64,000 bases of DNA, taken from contig OY776562.1 in the NCBI GenBank assembly GCA_963675785.1, positions 288,001 through 352,000 of the forward strand, read 5' to 3'. The translations under genes were made by a program, and so were the position numbers. The number at the start of each line of letters is the position of its first letter. Position 1 is the first letter of the stretch. The DNA is from Anaerolineae bacterium. Lineage in GTDB: Bacteria > Chloroflexota > Anaerolineae > UBA1429. Below, one piece after another: positions 47,168 to 58,678 of this stretch. Below the pieces are notes generated by a model that saw only the letters and a list, made by a program, of their open reading frames with translations, searched no databases and had not been told where the DNA came from.

Positions 47168-48265
47168 CTAAATCTGATTGGCGATTCCCTCGCCCAGTTT
47201 GGCACTGGCGATGCGTGCCTTGCGAACCACATCAATGCCATATGGGCATCGTACTGCATTCGCTTCTTTGAGCAGGGCATCTGCATCAAACCCAGCGGCG
47301 GCATAGCGGCTCTTGGCCTCGTCAGCATAGTCGAACCAGCCACCCAGGCGTAGCCGTAAGGCATAATCCGCCGGATCATGTGGTAAATAGTCGATCATCT
47401 GCCGATCCAGATAACCCTCCAGGCGGAAAAGATGCATGAGCTCTTGGCTGCAGGCGCCGCACTGGCGGCAGACATAGTTGCCCAGTTCGGGCGCATTTTT
47501 CAGGATGGCGGCACGTTCTTCTGCGCTGGCCGGCCCCATTTCTAGGGCCTGAACGGCCTGCTGTACATGCTCTATCGTGTTCATGCCACAAACCATCACA
47601 TCGGCGCCAGAACCAAGGGCATAACGCATGGCCTGGATTGGCGAGCGGTAGAGGAATCCGTCGGCCAGAGGCTTCATGGCTGTGACGGTGACACCAGCAG
47701 CATGAGCCGCTGGAAAGACTTGCTCATGGAGTTCGGGAATCCACTGCTCTTCCAGATAGTTGCTCCAGGCGAGTATGAGCGACAGTGGCAAGCGGCGAAT
47801 ACCCTCCAGATAGAGCTCGGGTGGGCGATGAGTACTCAGCCCCATGCCGGTGATGACGCCCTGCTCTTTGGCTTCCAGTAGTGCTTCGAGAGCACCGCCA
47901 GAGCCCGAGATGGTGTCGAGATCATCCATAGTATTCACGCCGTGAAAAAAGTAGAAATCGATATGATCGGTCTGCAGGGCAGTCAGCGAGGCCTCTACAT
48001 CCCGCCGCATCTCATCGGCGGTGCGCGCGCTGCTTTTGCTGGCAAGCACTACCTGGTTGCGCCTTCCCTTGAGTAGGCGTCCCAACTTAACCTCTGAGGC
48101 ACCGCGTCCGTACGAACGAGCGGTTTCGATGTAATTGCCGCCAGCATTCACAAAGGTGTCTATCACTTGGGCAATAACGTCTGAGCTGATCTCTACCTGG
48201 TGAAAGCCGCCTAGTGCAAGCTGGCTGACACAAGTGCCCGTATTGCCGATTTCTATGCGTTTCAT
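47168..48265 (-). CDS. aldo/keto reductase with C-terminal Fe-S motif
   Basis: ETARSYG, LQTDHIDFYFFH, AMKPL, CRQCGAC...CPYGID. Confidence 0.85.
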   Translation of the reverse strand: MKRIEIGNTGTCVSQLALGGFHQVEISSDVIAQVIDTFVNAGGNYIETARSYGRGASEVKLGRLLKGRRNQVVLASKSSARTADEMRRDVEASLTALQTDHIDFYFFHGVNTMDDLDTISGSGGALEALLEAKEQGVITGMGLSTHRPPELYLEGIRRLPLSLILAWSNYLEEQWIPELHEQVFPAAHAAGVTVTAMKPLADGFLYRSPIQAMRYALGSGADVMVCGMNTIEHVQQAVQALEMGPASAEERAAILKNAPELGNYVCRQCGACSQELMHLFRLEGYLDRQMIDYLPHDPADYALRLRLGGWFDYADEAKSRYAAAGFDADALLKEANAVRCPYGIDVVRKARIASAKLGEGIANQI

Positions 48266-48314
48266 GCTTCCTCCACTGTCGCCATTATGTTCGGACTCAT
48301 CTGAAGCACGTCCT

Positions 48315-49034
48315 TTAGTAGGTCAAGGCGTTGATATAGATTTCACCCTCACCTTCGAAATTGTGCGTTGATTCCATATCATCACTCTTGCCTGTGGCCA
48401 CAATGATGGGGTAGGTCTCTCCCAGCGCCAGAGGCTTGTCATATTCATCCCCCGAGTCTAAGGGGATCTGGAACTCGAGGGTTGTTACGCCATCCAGCTC
48501 AATAGCAGCATAGTTGATCAAGTCATTGGTACCACCGAGATCGACATCGGAAAGATGGGTGCGGCCCGTAGGTTCTGTACCATACTGGTCATCTATGGTG
48601 GGCCCGGCATCATCTACATAGGCAAAGATATAGTTGGCACCTTCCATGCGATCCACGGGGTCCAGACCCACGGCAAGCCAACCTTCTGTCTCGGCTTGTA
48701 GGGCCATGTAGAGATAGCTGCCATCGCTGCTCCAAACTATGCGTACCGTGCCGATTGTGGTCTCATAGTCATACTCATTCTCGGTGATCCAGCCATCGGC
48801 GACAAAAGTTGCCTCCTGAACGGGTGTCTCGGTTAGCTCGACTGTTGGTGCAGCAGTGGCTCCGTCGGGTGCCGCCTCTGTAGCCGTGGGTTCTGGTTCA
48901 TTGGTCGCAGTTGGCGCTGTAGTGGCAGCAGGGGTAGCCGTATCACTCTGGCAGCCAGCCACAATGATCATGGCCAACGAAAGGATCAAGACGGATATGA
49001 TGGATAGAATTCGGCTATTCTTGTATGTGTTCAT
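48315..49034 (-). CDS. DOMON-domain lipoprotein
   Basis: lipobox VAGC, Pro/Thr linker, GWLAVG...M, TTLEF.IPL. Confidence 0.7.
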   Translation of the reverse strand: MNTYKNSRILSIISVLILSLAMIIVAGCQSDTATPAATTAPTATNEPEPTATEAAPDGATAAPTVELTETPVQEATFVADGWITENEYDYETTIGTVRIVWSSDGSYLYMALQAETEGWLAVGLDPVDRMEGANYIFAYVDDAGPTIDDQYGTEPTGRTHLSDVDLGGTNDLINYAAIELDGVTTLEFQIPLDSGDEYDKPLALGETYPIIVATGKSDDMESTHNFEGEGEIYINALTY

Positions 49035-49278
49035 GGTGTTCTCCCAAAATTGCTAATCTACATGGTTGCCCACAGCAACCACAATGTCATGCTTGCTGTT
49101 TCTACGTTATGACGATTATCAGGTGGGTGGCTCATCAAAAGGAATCACTTCTATCGTAATTGAGGGTGGTAACACAGTCAATGTGCTTTATGGCCAATCT
49201 ATTAGCAAAAAGGCCGGAGCAAGATTTTGCCCCGACCCTTTATTATGCCACTCATACAGAGTGGCAGGTATAGATACC

Positions 49279-51744
49279 TCAGCCCCGTGTGTAAAGCGGA
49301 CGGATGTCTGCTTTACGTAGCAAGTTGGCATTGGTGACGACAGTGATGCTGCTAAAGGCCATGGCTGTCTCTGCCAAGATGGGGTGCATCCAGCCGATAA
49401 AGGCCAACGGCATCATGATCAGGTTGTAGAAAAAGGCCCAGAATAGATTTTGGCGAATCTTTTTGAACGTTGCCTGGCTCAGATTGATAGCCTCAATGAC
49501 GCCGCGCAGTTCACTGTGCACAATGGTCACATCGGCCGATTCGATGGCAATATCGGTGCCTGCACCAATGGCAATACCCACATCGGCTTGCTTGAGAGCC
49601 GGGGCGTCGTTGATGCCGTCACCTACAAAAGCGATCTTGCCGAATTCAGCCTGTAATCGCTTGATCTCGGTGACCTTGCCCTCGGGCATAACACCCGCCA
49701 CCACATGATCGATACCCACTTTGCGGCCGATAGCTTCGGCAGTGGTTTGGTTGTCACCGGTAAGCATGGCTGTGGCAATGCCCATTCTTTGCAGCTCGTG
49801 TATAGCGTTGGCTGCATTGTCTTTGATCGCGTCGAGAAGGCCAATGGCAGCGGCGGCTGTTCCGTCTACTGCGATAACCATGATGCTCATGCCCCGGTTC
49901 TTGATGCTCTCGACAGATGTGGCAATATTGCCCAGATCGATGCCTTCCATGGTCATAAAATCCACTGATCCCACGATGACGCGCTTATTTTCTATAACCG
50001 TACGTACGCCTCGGCCACTTATGGCTTCAAAGCTCGATGGCGTGATGAGTTCGATCGAATTGGCCTTTGCCCGTTCGACGATGGCCCGTCCCAATGGGTG
50101 TTCAGATCCTGCTTCAGCACTCGCAGCGAGCTCGAGTATTTCGGCTATAGTCCATTCGGATTCAGGCATGATCTCAGCAACTTCGGGTTTTCCTTTGGTC
50201 AAAGTGCCGGTTTTATCAAATACTACCAGTTTGACGTCTTTGAGAACCTCGATGGCACGGCCAGAACGCAAGAGCACACCGCGTTCGGCACCCATGCCGA
50301 TACCTACCATCAGTGCTGTAGGTGTGGCTAGGCCCAACGCACAGGGGCAAGCAATAACTAAAATAGAAACGATTGACATAATAATAGCACTTGCACCAGT
50401 GACGTTTGTCGAAACCCAGGGCAAAAAGTTACCAGCATTGCGCAGGTTTACCATGGTCTCTGGAAAGATCAGCCAAGCTAACAAGGCAATGCCAGCCAAC
50501 CCCAGCACTATGGGTACAAACACGGCTGTCACACGGTCGGCCAGCTTTTGCACCGGCACGCGTGAGGCCTGTGCTTCTTCGACCAGACGGATGATCTGGG
50601 CGAGAAAAGTGTCTTTGCCGACATGCGTGGCCTCGATTTTGAGCAGGCCGTCATAGTTGATGGTGGCTCCCAGTACATCGTCTCCGGGCTGTTTGAGTAC
50701 GGGCACGCTTTCGCCAGTGGCCACAGATTCATCGATGCTGCCTAAGCCTGAGAGCACGCGCCCATCGGTGGGAATCTTTTCTCCGGGTCGGACGGTCATC
50801 ACATCGCCAAGGCGTATTTCAGAGGCGGATATTTCAAGTTCCTGGCCGTTTCGTTCAATGTGGGCGGTTTTGGCTCCCAGTTCGACCAGCTTTTTGACGG
50901 CTTGTGAGGCATTGCCACGCGCTTTGGCTTCGATATAGCGTCCTGTTAGGTGAATGGCCATGATCATGCCGGCAACGCCAGCGTAACTGGCTACCGACAT
51001 GAAAAAGGACAATGGGCCGGTGACAAAGGCTGTTATCGAACCCATCATGATCAGGCTGTCCATGTTGGCATTGCCGCTCCACAGTGCCTTCCAGCCACTC
51101 TTGAGCGTGGGCCAGCCGGGCCAGAACAACACGGGGACGGCCAGAACGATCATGCCGATTTCATAGATGACGCTGCTGACGATTTCTACGCCAAAGACCA
51201 TGCGTAACAGCATCCACAGCATGGCAGGGCCGCCAAAGGCCCAGGCGATCCACATTCTGCGCTTGGCTTCCTGCAATTGCTGTTCTGTGCGGGTGTAACG
51301 GTCTGGGGATGTAATGGTCTCAGCCGCTTGAAGCGTGGCTGAATAGCCGGCTGTTTCTACGGCGGCGAGAAGATCCTGCACTTTTACTATTTCAGCGATG
51401 GCTGTTACCTGGGCCGAATTGGCAGCCAGGTTGACCACGGCATCCATCACGCCGCCTACTTCCATCAACGCTGCCTGAACGTGTGCTGAGCACATGGCGC
51501 AGTGCATGCCGTCGATATTGAGCATGATGGTTTCAGTTGGCACATCATAACCGGCGTGCTGCACGGCCTCAATAATATCTTTGGCGACGAGTTTGTCGGT
51601 GGTGAGATCGACCTGAGCCGTGTTGGTGGCCAGATTCACGGTTACTTCACCTATGCCGCCGATTTCTGTAAGCGCATGTTCCACATGTAGGGCACATGCC
51701 GCACAGTGCATACCCGAGATGGGAATAGCAACCTTTTTAGGCAT
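49279..51744 (-). CDS. copA: Cu(I)-translocating P1B-type ATPase
   Basis: two GMHCxxC HMA domains, TGES, CPC, DKTGT, SEHP, GDGIND, YN and MxxSS. Confidence 0.93.
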   Translation of the reverse strand: MPKKVAIPISGMHCAACALHVEHALTEIGGIGEVTVNLATNTAQVDLTTDKLVAKDIIEAVQHAGYDVPTETIMLNIDGMHCAMCSAHVQAALMEVGGVMDAVVNLAANSAQVTAIAEIVKVQDLLAAVETAGYSATLQAAETITSPDRYTRTEQQLQEAKRRMWIAWAFGGPAMLWMLLRMVFGVEIVSSVIYEIGMIVLAVPVLFWPGWPTLKSGWKALWSGNANMDSLIMMGSITAFVTGPLSFFMSVASYAGVAGMIMAIHLTGRYIEAKARGNASQAVKKLVELGAKTAHIERNGQELEISASEIRLGDVMTVRPGEKIPTDGRVLSGLGSIDESVATGESVPVLKQPGDDVLGATINYDGLLKIEATHVGKDTFLAQIIRLVEEAQASRVPVQKLADRVTAVFVPIVLGLAGIALLAWLIFPETMVNLRNAGNFLPWVSTNVTGASAIIMSIVSILVIACPCALGLATPTALMVGIGMGAERGVLLRSGRAIEVLKDVKLVVFDKTGTLTKGKPEVAEIMPESEWTIAEILELAASAEAGSEHPLGRAIVERAKANSIELITPSSFEAISGRGVRTVIENKRVIVGSVDFMTMEGIDLGNIATSVESIKNRGMSIMVIAVDGTAAAAIGLLDAIKDNAANAIHELQRMGIATAMLTGDNQTTAEAIGRKVGIDHVVAGVMPEGKVTEIKRLQAEFGKIAFVGDGINDAPALKQADVGIAIGAGTDIAIESADVTIVHSELRGVIEAINLSQATFKKIRQNLFWAFFYNLIMMPLAFIGWMHPILAETAMAFSSITVVTNANLLRKADIRPLYTRG

Positions 51745-51791
51745 ATTAGCTCCTCCGGATGTTTCCGGCCGATATATCGATTAGAGACTTT

Positions 51792-51815
51792 GGCATACCT
51801 CTTAGGGGGTATGCC
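51792..51815. promoter_or_regulatory. CsoR-like operator upstream of copA
   Basis: GGCATACCTCTTAGGGGGTATGCC pseudo-palindrome with G tract. Confidence 0.7.
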
Positions 51816-52041
51816 TATATTATATACCATCCTGCAAATTTCTGTTTCTGACGTTTATGATATCAACAGAAACAAAGTGGCGGATATTTTGAGTGTGTGC
51901 AACCTACAAAGCCCGAGGTGTCTTGAAGGGTGGCGAGCCGGCTGTATATAATAGTTTCCTCGATTGGCGCTCTTGCTGGGATCTGTTTTGTATTAGGTGT
52001 CGGGAAAACCGCAATGACCGCGTTATTTGCCTTGGTAGGGC

Positions 52042-52980
52042 TCAATCGCCGAAATTGGGTCGATCCGCTGAGCGGCTCATGCTACAGGTCTCGCCCACAT
52101 ACTCGACTTCGACGGTAGCATGGGAAAAGCCATGTTTTTGGGCAATATCTCGGGCGTCGCATTTGATATCGACCATCTGCTGGCGGCCAATACTTGAGTC
52201 GGCTACAAGATGCGTGGTAAAGACATTCTGTTCACCGTCCAGCGACCATACATGAGTATGGTGAACGTCCTGAACTGAGGGGATGGCACGCAGCTCGGCT
52301 TCCAGTTCATTGATGCTGATTTCATCGGGAACTGCCTGCAAAAAGAGCTGGCCGGTCTTGCGTAGAGCATGGTAAACGTTGTACAGTACCCAGGCTGTAA
52401 TACCCAACGAGAGTATGGGGTCGAGGATGGGAATGTCCCAGATGAGCAGGATGATGCTGACAATCAATACAGCCACCCAGCCAACGGCATCTTCCATCAG
52501 ATGGAGCATGGCCGTACGAGCGTTCAGACCGGATTCGCCGCGCAACCTGAGCACAGCAGCTCCGTTGACAGCCACACCAACGAGAGCCAACACAAGCATA
52601 CCGTTGGCGTTTGGGGGTGTGGGATTGGACAGAGCTGGTATGGCGCGATAGAGTACGAAAACTGAACCGCCCAACAATACCAGTAGATTGAGCAGGGCGC
52701 CCAGTAGCGAAAAGCGGCGATAACCGTACGAGTAGCGCGTATCGCCTTCGCGTTCGGCGAAATGCTGCAAATACCAGGATACGCCCAGCGAAAGACTATC
52801 GCCCAGGTCGTGTACGGCATCAGATATGATGGCAAGGCTGCCAGTCCACAATCCGCCGATGATCTCGATGATGGTAAAGCCGAGATTCAGGAAAAAGGCG
52901 GTTTGCAAGTTGCCCGAGGCGCCGTGGGCATGGCTATGCTCGTGTGTATGGTTGTGGTCGTGATGATGGTCATGTGTCAT
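52042..52980 (-). CDS. cation diffusion facilitator (CzcD/ZitB-like)
   Basis: His-rich N-terminus, SDAVHDLGD, YSYGYRR, HLMED, HVWSL; AGGAG RBS before ATG 52980. Confidence 0.92.
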   Translation of the reverse strand: MTHDHHHDHNHTHEHSHAHGASGNLQTAFFLNLGFTIIEIIGGLWTGSLAIISDAVHDLGDSLSLGVSWYLQHFAEREGDTRYSYGYRRFSLLGALLNLLVLLGGSVFVLYRAIPALSNPTPPNANGMLVLALVGVAVNGAAVLRLRGESGLNARTAMLHLMEDAVGWVAVLIVSIILLIWDIPILDPILSLGITAWVLYNVYHALRKTGQLFLQAVPDEISINELEAELRAIPSVQDVHHTHVWSLDGEQNVFTTHLVADSSIGRQQMVDIKCDARDIAQKHGFSHATVEVEYVGETCSMSRSADRPNFGD

Positions 52981-53070
52981 AATGCTATCTCCTAGCGGTG
53001 TTACAGTCATTGTAAACAGGGTTTAGTACGGCGCAAGTTTTCTTTCAATCAAATTGTAGAGGAGAACGAA

Positions 53071-53484
53071 ATGATCAAGGGAATTGCACATGCCTGTTAC
53101 ACAGTAAGTAACATGGATGCGACTCTGGCTTTTTATAGCAAGGGTTTGGGTCTGCCAATAGCCTTTGACTATCGTGACGAGCAGGACCACCTTTACGGCG
53201 CCTATGTGCACGTAGGGGCACGCACTTTTGTCGAGTTCTTTGAGGGACAGTTGGTAGAAAAGGCCGAAAAGCAGGCTTACAGCCACCTCTGCCTGGAAGT
53301 GGATGATCTGGAGGCTACAGTGGTCGAGCTAGAGGCCAAGGGCATCAGTACCACACCTATCAAGCGGGGTAAGGATCACAGCTATCAGTCATGGATCAAT
53401 GACCCCGATGGCAACCGCATCGAGCTGCATCAGTATACGCCAGAGAGCAAGCAAACACTTCATCTCAACTCGGTTGGCAAGTAA
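53071..53484 (+). CDS. VOC/glyoxalase family protein
   Basis: HACYTVS, HLCLEVDD, DPDGNRIEL. Confidence 0.9.
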   Translation: MIKGIAHACYTVSNMDATLAFYSKGLGLPIAFDYRDEQDHLYGAYVHVGARTFVEFFEGQLVEKAEKQAYSHLCLEVDDLEATVVELEAKGISTTPIKRGKDHSYQSWINDPDGNRIELHQYTPESKQTLHLNSVGK

Positions 53485-53524
53485 GAGAACAAAAGGCCCG
53501 CGGTACAAGCTGCGGGCCTTTTTC

Positions 53525-54997
53525 TTATTCTGGTAATACACTTTGGGCCTTGAGCTCCTCGTAAGGAGCGGGGCCGTGGGTAATGGGCGCTGGAGGCGTC
53601 GCCGCACCCTCTCGGGTGTAACCGCGGTCCCGATAGTCGATAAGCAGGGACATCAAATGGGCCACCATGTCAGGGCGTGTGGCCCAAAGATTATGCTCTT
53701 CTAGTGGATCACTCGCCAGGTTGTAAAGTTGTCCTTCAGGGCCGCCGGGAGTTGTTTCTATCCATACGGGGGCAGTGAATCCACCTGAGCCCAGGCCAGC
53801 GATCATCTTCCAAGAGCCCTCGCGCACGGCGTACATGCCTTCACCCGAATGGTGCACAAGCGTGTTGCGGCCAGGGGCTATCTGCGGACCGAGCAGTGCG
53901 GGCAGGATGTTGTAACTGTCAGGTGCGGCCTCTGGTGGCAGATCAAAGTCGGTGATGGCGGCCCATGTGGCCATCATGTCTACCAGGCTAACCAGGGCGT
54001 CGCACTGCCCACCGGCGGTGATTCTTGCCGGCCAGCGCATGATCAAGGGTTCGCGGTGTCCGCCATCCCAGATGTCGGCCTTTTGCCCGCGCAGGTTGCC
54101 ACAAGATTTATGTCCGTAATCCTTGCCATCGTAATCGGTGGCTCGGGCGCCATTGTCGCTGGTGATGATCAGCAGGGTGTTATCGGCGACGCCGTGGCGC
54201 TGCAGAGCTTCGTCTACTTGGCCCACCATCCAATCCACCATAGCCACCATATCGCCACGAGCACCGGCTAGGCTCTTGCCGCGCATGAATTCGGGAGGCA
54301 CACATGGGCGGTGGGGCGCCGAGGGCGTCAGATAGAGGAAAAAGGGCGTTTCGGGATCGGCGGCTTGCTGTTCGATAAAGGCTACGGCTTTTTCAGTAAA
54401 GCGGACGTCTACCTGATCGTCGCGCCAATCGGGCACCATCAGCCCTTTGCGCTGTTGCGGATAGTAAGGGTACTTTTCCAACGAGGGGATGCTCAAGGTA
54501 TGTTCATCTTTGATAAAGCAATAGGGTGCCATATCCAGGCTACCGGTGATGATGAAACAGGTATCAAAGCCATGATCCAGCGGACCGTCGCTGATGGGCG
54601 CCGCATAATCAATGTTCGAGCCATCGGGCAAGGGATCGAGACCATCGGAGGTAGTCCAACCCAGGCCCACATGCCATTTGCCTACCGCGGCTGTGGCATA
54701 GCCCTGATCCCGGAGCATATCGGCGATGGTCAGTTGGCCGCTTTCCAGCAGGGGATCTTCGAATCCCCATAATACCCACTTTTTGAGACGCGTACGCCAG
54801 CAATAGCGGCCGGTGAGCACACTGTAGCGACTGGGAGTACACACGGCTGAGGAAGAGTGAGCATCGGTAAAACGCAATCCTTGGCTGGCGATGCGATCGA
54901 TGTTGGGAGTGGGGATCTTGGTGGCACCATAGCAGCCCAAATCGCCATAGCCCATATCGTCGGCCATGATGTAGACGATGTTTGGTAGTACGCTCAT
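53525..54997 (-). CDS. arylsulfatase (Cys-type, formylglycine-dependent)
   Basis: PNIVYIMADDMG, CTPSRYSVLTGR, GKWH, SDNG; ATGA overlap with upstream gene; no signal peptide. Confidence 0.93.
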   Translation of the reverse strand: MSVLPNIVYIMADDMGYGDLGCYGATKIPTPNIDRIASQGLRFTDAHSSSAVCTPSRYSVLTGRYCWRTRLKKWVLWGFEDPLLESGQLTIADMLRDQGYATAAVGKWHVGLGWTTSDGLDPLPDGSNIDYAAPISDGPLDHGFDTCFIITGSLDMAPYCFIKDEHTLSIPSLEKYPYYPQQRKGLMVPDWRDDQVDVRFTEKAVAFIEQQAADPETPFFLYLTPSAPHRPCVPPEFMRGKSLAGARGDMVAMVDWMVGQVDEALQRHGVADNTLLIITSDNGARATDYDGKDYGHKSCGNLRGQKADIWDGGHREPLIMRWPARITAGGQCDALVSLVDMMATWAAITDFDLPPEAAPDSYNILPALLGPQIAPGRNTLVHHSGEGMYAVREGSWKMIAGLGSGGFTAPVWIETTPGGPEGQLYNLASDPLEEHNLWATRPDMVAHLMSLLIDYRDRGYTREGAATPPAPITHGPAPYEELKAQSVLPE

Positions 54998-55740
54998 TTG
55001 TCTGCTCCTTGCTTGCGACAAGCAGGAAAAAGTTCTTGAAAAAAGAGTCCCTCGCCATCCCCCAAATGCTCGACGTGTCCATCAGGCCAGCCCCAGGCCG
55101 AATTACCCTTGAACCCTTCGTTCCCTTGCCCCTTGATCTGGTTGGCCAGGATGCCATAGCAGTGATTGGCCTTGCAGATGTCGCCAAAGACGGTGAATGA
55201 AGTAGCGTCGTCATCACCAGCGATGAGGATAAAAAGGTCGAGATTTTCGCCGTTATAGACACTCCACCGGTCGGTTTTAGCGGTTTTGCAGATCATGAGC
55301 GCTGTGCGACCAAAAGGACTCGAAAAGACGCCCGGTTTGCCGGCCAAAGTCCAGGCCTCTTCGGCCAGAGAAGGCACGATCTTGTGTTGCTCGCGCAAGA
55401 GGGCACCGTTGGCTCCGAAAAAGAGGCCGGTGTTCCAAACCGGTCTCTGAATATCACCCGAGGGTTGACGCAGGCCAATGACTAGATTAATGTCCAGCTC
55501 GGCAGCCAACGCAGAAAAACGCTGCTTTAGGGCATCATAGTGTTCGGCTAGATCGCTCATCGTGACGCCGTTTTGCTCCCAGGGTTCATAACGGTAAAAG
55601 CAGGTTTCTGGCGCTACCACTAGCCATGCGCCTTGGCTTGCGGCCTGGCGCACGGCCTCTTCGATGATATCGGGATCACGCCCCAATGTATCGGGGTCTT
55701 GAACTCGATGTTGGATGAGGGCAACGCGTGTTGAAATCAT
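54994..55740 (-). CDS. carbon-nitrogen hydrolase (nitrilase superfamily)
   Basis: APE, HK, MIC catalytic Glu-Lys-Cys positions. Confidence 0.8.
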   Translation of the reverse strand: MISTRVALIQHRVQDPDTLGRDPDIIEEAVRQAASQGAWLVVAPETCFYRYEPWEQNGVTMSDLAEHYDALKQRFSALAAELDINLVIGLRQPSGDIQRPVWNTGLFFGANGALLREQHKIVPSLAEEAWTLAGKPGVFSSPFGRTALMICKTAKTDRWSVYNGENLDLFILIAGDDDATSFTVFGDICKANHCYGILANQIKGQGNEGFKGNSAWGWPDGHVEHLGDGEGLFFQELFPACRKQGADK

Positions 55741-58304
55741 TCACCAGTCTCCGGTGTAACTATCTTTCCGCCGACGGTGATGAGAACGGGCGCTATAGCA
55801 TAGGCGCAAAGCTCGGGCTGGCGTCGTACGAGAACTGCTCGACCCTTGAAAGTGATATCCCCCACCGTAACCGGACCAGTACCTTCTTCACACAAGATAA
55901 AGGTATCATCCATAGTCTCGTTGAAAACGTGCAACACGGTGGTGTTCTCATCGGACAAGAGCCGCTCGACGCTGGGGTAATCGCTCTGACCTGGGGTCAG
56001 AGGGTAGAGCACGGCATCCATGTGCGCTGGTAGGGTGGTCTCTGTTTTGAGGTTGGCCTCCCAGGCGGGATACTCGCCCTTGATACCCCACCAACCAGCG
56101 GCTGGCAACACCTCGCCCTTGTGCAGGCTTATTTGCAAAGGGCTATCGGCGAGGGGCAGGATGGCGAGGTTGCCCATACCAGCATCCGTGGTAACGATTG
56201 CTCTTTCATCGACTTTTATCTGCCCGGCGGTGTAAGGCGCCTCGGCCGTGGGTGTATCCAGCGGAGCGATATGGAAGATCTGTTCCAGCGTATGCCGAAC
56301 ATCATCACCACCCTTGATCAGGTCGCAAAGGATCCAATACCCTGGCTTGACGTAAAAAATGGCCCGGCGCTGGCTGAGACTGCTGTCGATCTCGTCGGCT
56401 GAGGCAACTTTGCCAAAGGGATCGCGAACATAGCCTTCCAGGTATTCGCTGCTGACGAAATCAAAGTGTGGTGCACTGACCCATTCGTTGCGACCGGTAC
56501 GATGGAGCTTAGCCTCTGGCAAAAAACGCCGAGCCTGTCCGCGGCCGTCGATTAATATGTCGTTGTGGGCCTGCGTCGAGCGGAAATAGTGGGTGAGTTC
56601 GGTGGCCGAATAGGAATAGATGTTGGGATCACCGATGAGCTGGCGTTCCTGGGCGTAGAGGCAGAAATTGAGCTTATCCTCGTGCTGGTGCGATGCACCC
56701 CAGGCTGCGCCATCAAAGAGCAAGTATTCGCCGTCCTCGCCCCATTTATCGCGCATCAAATAGTAACCAGCCGAAGGCCAGATATGAGAGCTATGATCGG
56801 GCTTGGTGCCCTCTGCGCCATAGGTGGCTCCCCACAGCAAATCCTGTCGGTCAAAGGTTTTGGCGGCAGCAGAGAGGTAACCTGCAGCATCTATGGGGTA
56901 GGGGTTGCTGTCGTTGAAGGTTGGCAAATAGTGGTCGGGCATGGCTGCATAGAGATACATCTCGTTGGCTTTGGCCACTACATCGACAAAATCTTGCGGC
57001 AGAGACACGCCGCGAGCTCGAGCCGTTTCCGCTGTACCGAACATGGCTGTGGTGGGGAACATGTGATAGCCGTGGGTCAGCTCGAACTGCTGGCCGTCAT
57101 CGTAATAGGCAAAGCTGTTGATCCAGCGCAGGCGGCGCATGGCTACCCGCAGGTAGGCATCAGCCTGGCGCAACTCGGGAGAAAAGAGGGCGGCTGTAGC
57201 CAAGCCAGCAGCTTCGACCTGATACCAGTTGTTGGGGCCGCCACAAAAGGCCGTGGCAAAACGCATGTGCTCCAAACGCGAGTGGGCTAACATTTCGTGG
57301 ATTTGAGGGCTGAAACTGGCCGACTTGCCCGCGGCGGCAATGATGGCCGGCCATTTGATTGCCTGGCGGTTACCTACTTCTAGGGTGCGCCAGGGGCCTA
57401 CAGGCTGACGGTGGTTGGGCACAGGCGCAAGTTTGCAAAAAGATTCCAATAGTCGAGCCGCACTCTCGGCGTATTTCTCCAGGCCGGTTTCAGCATAGGC
57501 TGCGGCCAAATTGGCGATAAAGGGTTGTGCCCCTAGACTGACTGTCGATTCGAGATCATCGAACAGTCGCAGGTTCCAATCGATCTCGGCGCCAAACTGA
57601 TGACGGACGAGCATGTGGGCATGAAAAGCGATCAGGTTATCGCAAGCCTCATCAGCTTCTTTTATGTTTAGATCCAGGCGTGCTTCAGGCATGTCGATAT
57701 CATATTGCCAATCGCGGTTGCGCAGCGTCTCGCCCAGATCGACAGCTTGAGCAGGATCGATCATGTGCTTGGGATAGTCTTTAGCGGGGACATGTAATCT
57801 TTCCGCCCGTGAATGATCAACGAGGCGACCCCACATGCGTTCTTGCAGAGTGAGCAGATCGGCGCAGATAGGCATCTGACGTTCCTGTGCTATGTCGCAC
57901 AAGGCCTTGACACAATCGGCTACAGGCAAGTCAGAAAGCGAGGCCTTACGCCAGTGGGCCTGACTGGCCACACGGGCACAGCCAGTGACGCGCCAAAGCT
58001 CTGCCTCGGGATGGTAGCCCTCGCAAAGGTAGCCGCAAATGGCTAGCGCAGCGCCATTCAACAATAGACCATCCGAAGGAGCAGGGGTGATGCTGTAGCT
58101 GCCACTGCAAAAGGTGAGCAAATAGTCTGCCACTTCGTACAAGCGTGGGCCGGGCTGCTCCCCCTCGGCTAAGAGCCCAAGGGCGATGCGTGCCGCACCT
58201 TCCAGGCTCCAAATATCGTTCGGGTTCCAAGGCAGAATGTCAGGTGGCGATCCGGCGGGTACAGAGGCGGCATATTTCTCGAGTGTTTCAATCTCTACAA
58301 CCAT
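55737..58304 (-). CDS. heparinase II/III-family polysaccharide lyase (PL12-like)
   Basis: WRTLEVG.R, NNW, DDGQQFEL..GYH, P.FND, H.HEDKL, AHNDILIDG. Confidence 0.82.
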   Translation of the reverse strand: MVVEIETLEKYAASVPAGSPPDILPWNPNDIWSLEGAARIALGLLAEGEQPGPRLYEVADYLLTFCSGSYSITPAPSDGLLLNGAALAICGYLCEGYHPEAELWRVTGCARVASQAHWRKASLSDLPVADCVKALCDIAQERQMPICADLLTLQERMWGRLVDHSRAERLHVPAKDYPKHMIDPAQAVDLGETLRNRDWQYDIDMPEARLDLNIKEADEACDNLIAFHAHMLVRHQFGAEIDWNLRLFDDLESTVSLGAQPFIANLAAAYAETGLEKYAESAARLLESFCKLAPVPNHRQPVGPWRTLEVGNRQAIKWPAIIAAAGKSASFSPQIHEMLAHSRLEHMRFATAFCGGPNNWYQVEAAGLATAALFSPELRQADAYLRVAMRRLRWINSFAYYDDGQQFELTHGYHMFPTTAMFGTAETARARGVSLPQDFVDVVAKANEMYLYAAMPDHYLPTFNDSNPYPIDAAGYLSAAAKTFDRQDLLWGATYGAEGTKPDHSSHIWPSAGYYLMRDKWGEDGEYLLFDGAAWGASHQHEDKLNFCLYAQERQLIGDPNIYSYSATELTHYFRSTQAHNDILIDGRGQARRFLPEAKLHRTGRNEWVSAPHFDFVSSEYLEGYVRDPFGKVASADEIDSSLSQRRAIFYVKPGYWILCDLIKGGDDVRHTLEQIFHIAPLDTPTAEAPYTAGQIKVDERAIVTTDAGMGNLAILPLADSPLQISLHKGEVLPAAGWWGIKGEYPAWEANLKTETTLPAHMDAVLYPLTPGQSDYPSVERLLSDENTTVLHVFNETMDDTFILCEEGTGPVTVGDITFKGRAVLVRRQPELCAYAIAPVLITVGGKIVTPETGE

Positions 58305-58678
58305 GCGTAATTCTCCTCATATGTCCTCACACTGGCACAAGCCTAGTTTGCAGTAGCGTGTCTGTCAATGATCCCAGAAGGGGTTTCTTTATCAATCAGC
58401 AATTTCGCAGGCACGAAACAAAGCCATCTTTTGAAATGCAAAAGGTATTTGGCGCGCAAAATGGCGCAACGGGGTTGTCTTGCTTTTGTTTTGTTCTGAT
58501 TCCGCCTATCATGTCACGGGATTTGTTGATCCAGCCAGGCACGAGAGCCGTAAATGCCTCAACTCAAAGCACAAGTTTTTTGTAGATGACTATCGGGCAC
58601 AGGTTTGGGAATGTGTTGGGGGACAAGGGATACTAGCAATTCGTTCGGGCTGTTTTTATCTAGCGTGTGGAGAAGAGC

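Noticed and set aside
51930-52118. Small hydrophobic ORF between copA and the CDF gene
   Set aside because: Weak RBS, overlaps the CDF 3' end, no family motif
58320-58670. Riboswitch or ncRNA in the heparinase/ARH intergenic region (also 13210-13560 and 61590-61810)
   Set aside because: Only short hairpins; no recognisable consensus. An Rfam/Infernal scan would be needed
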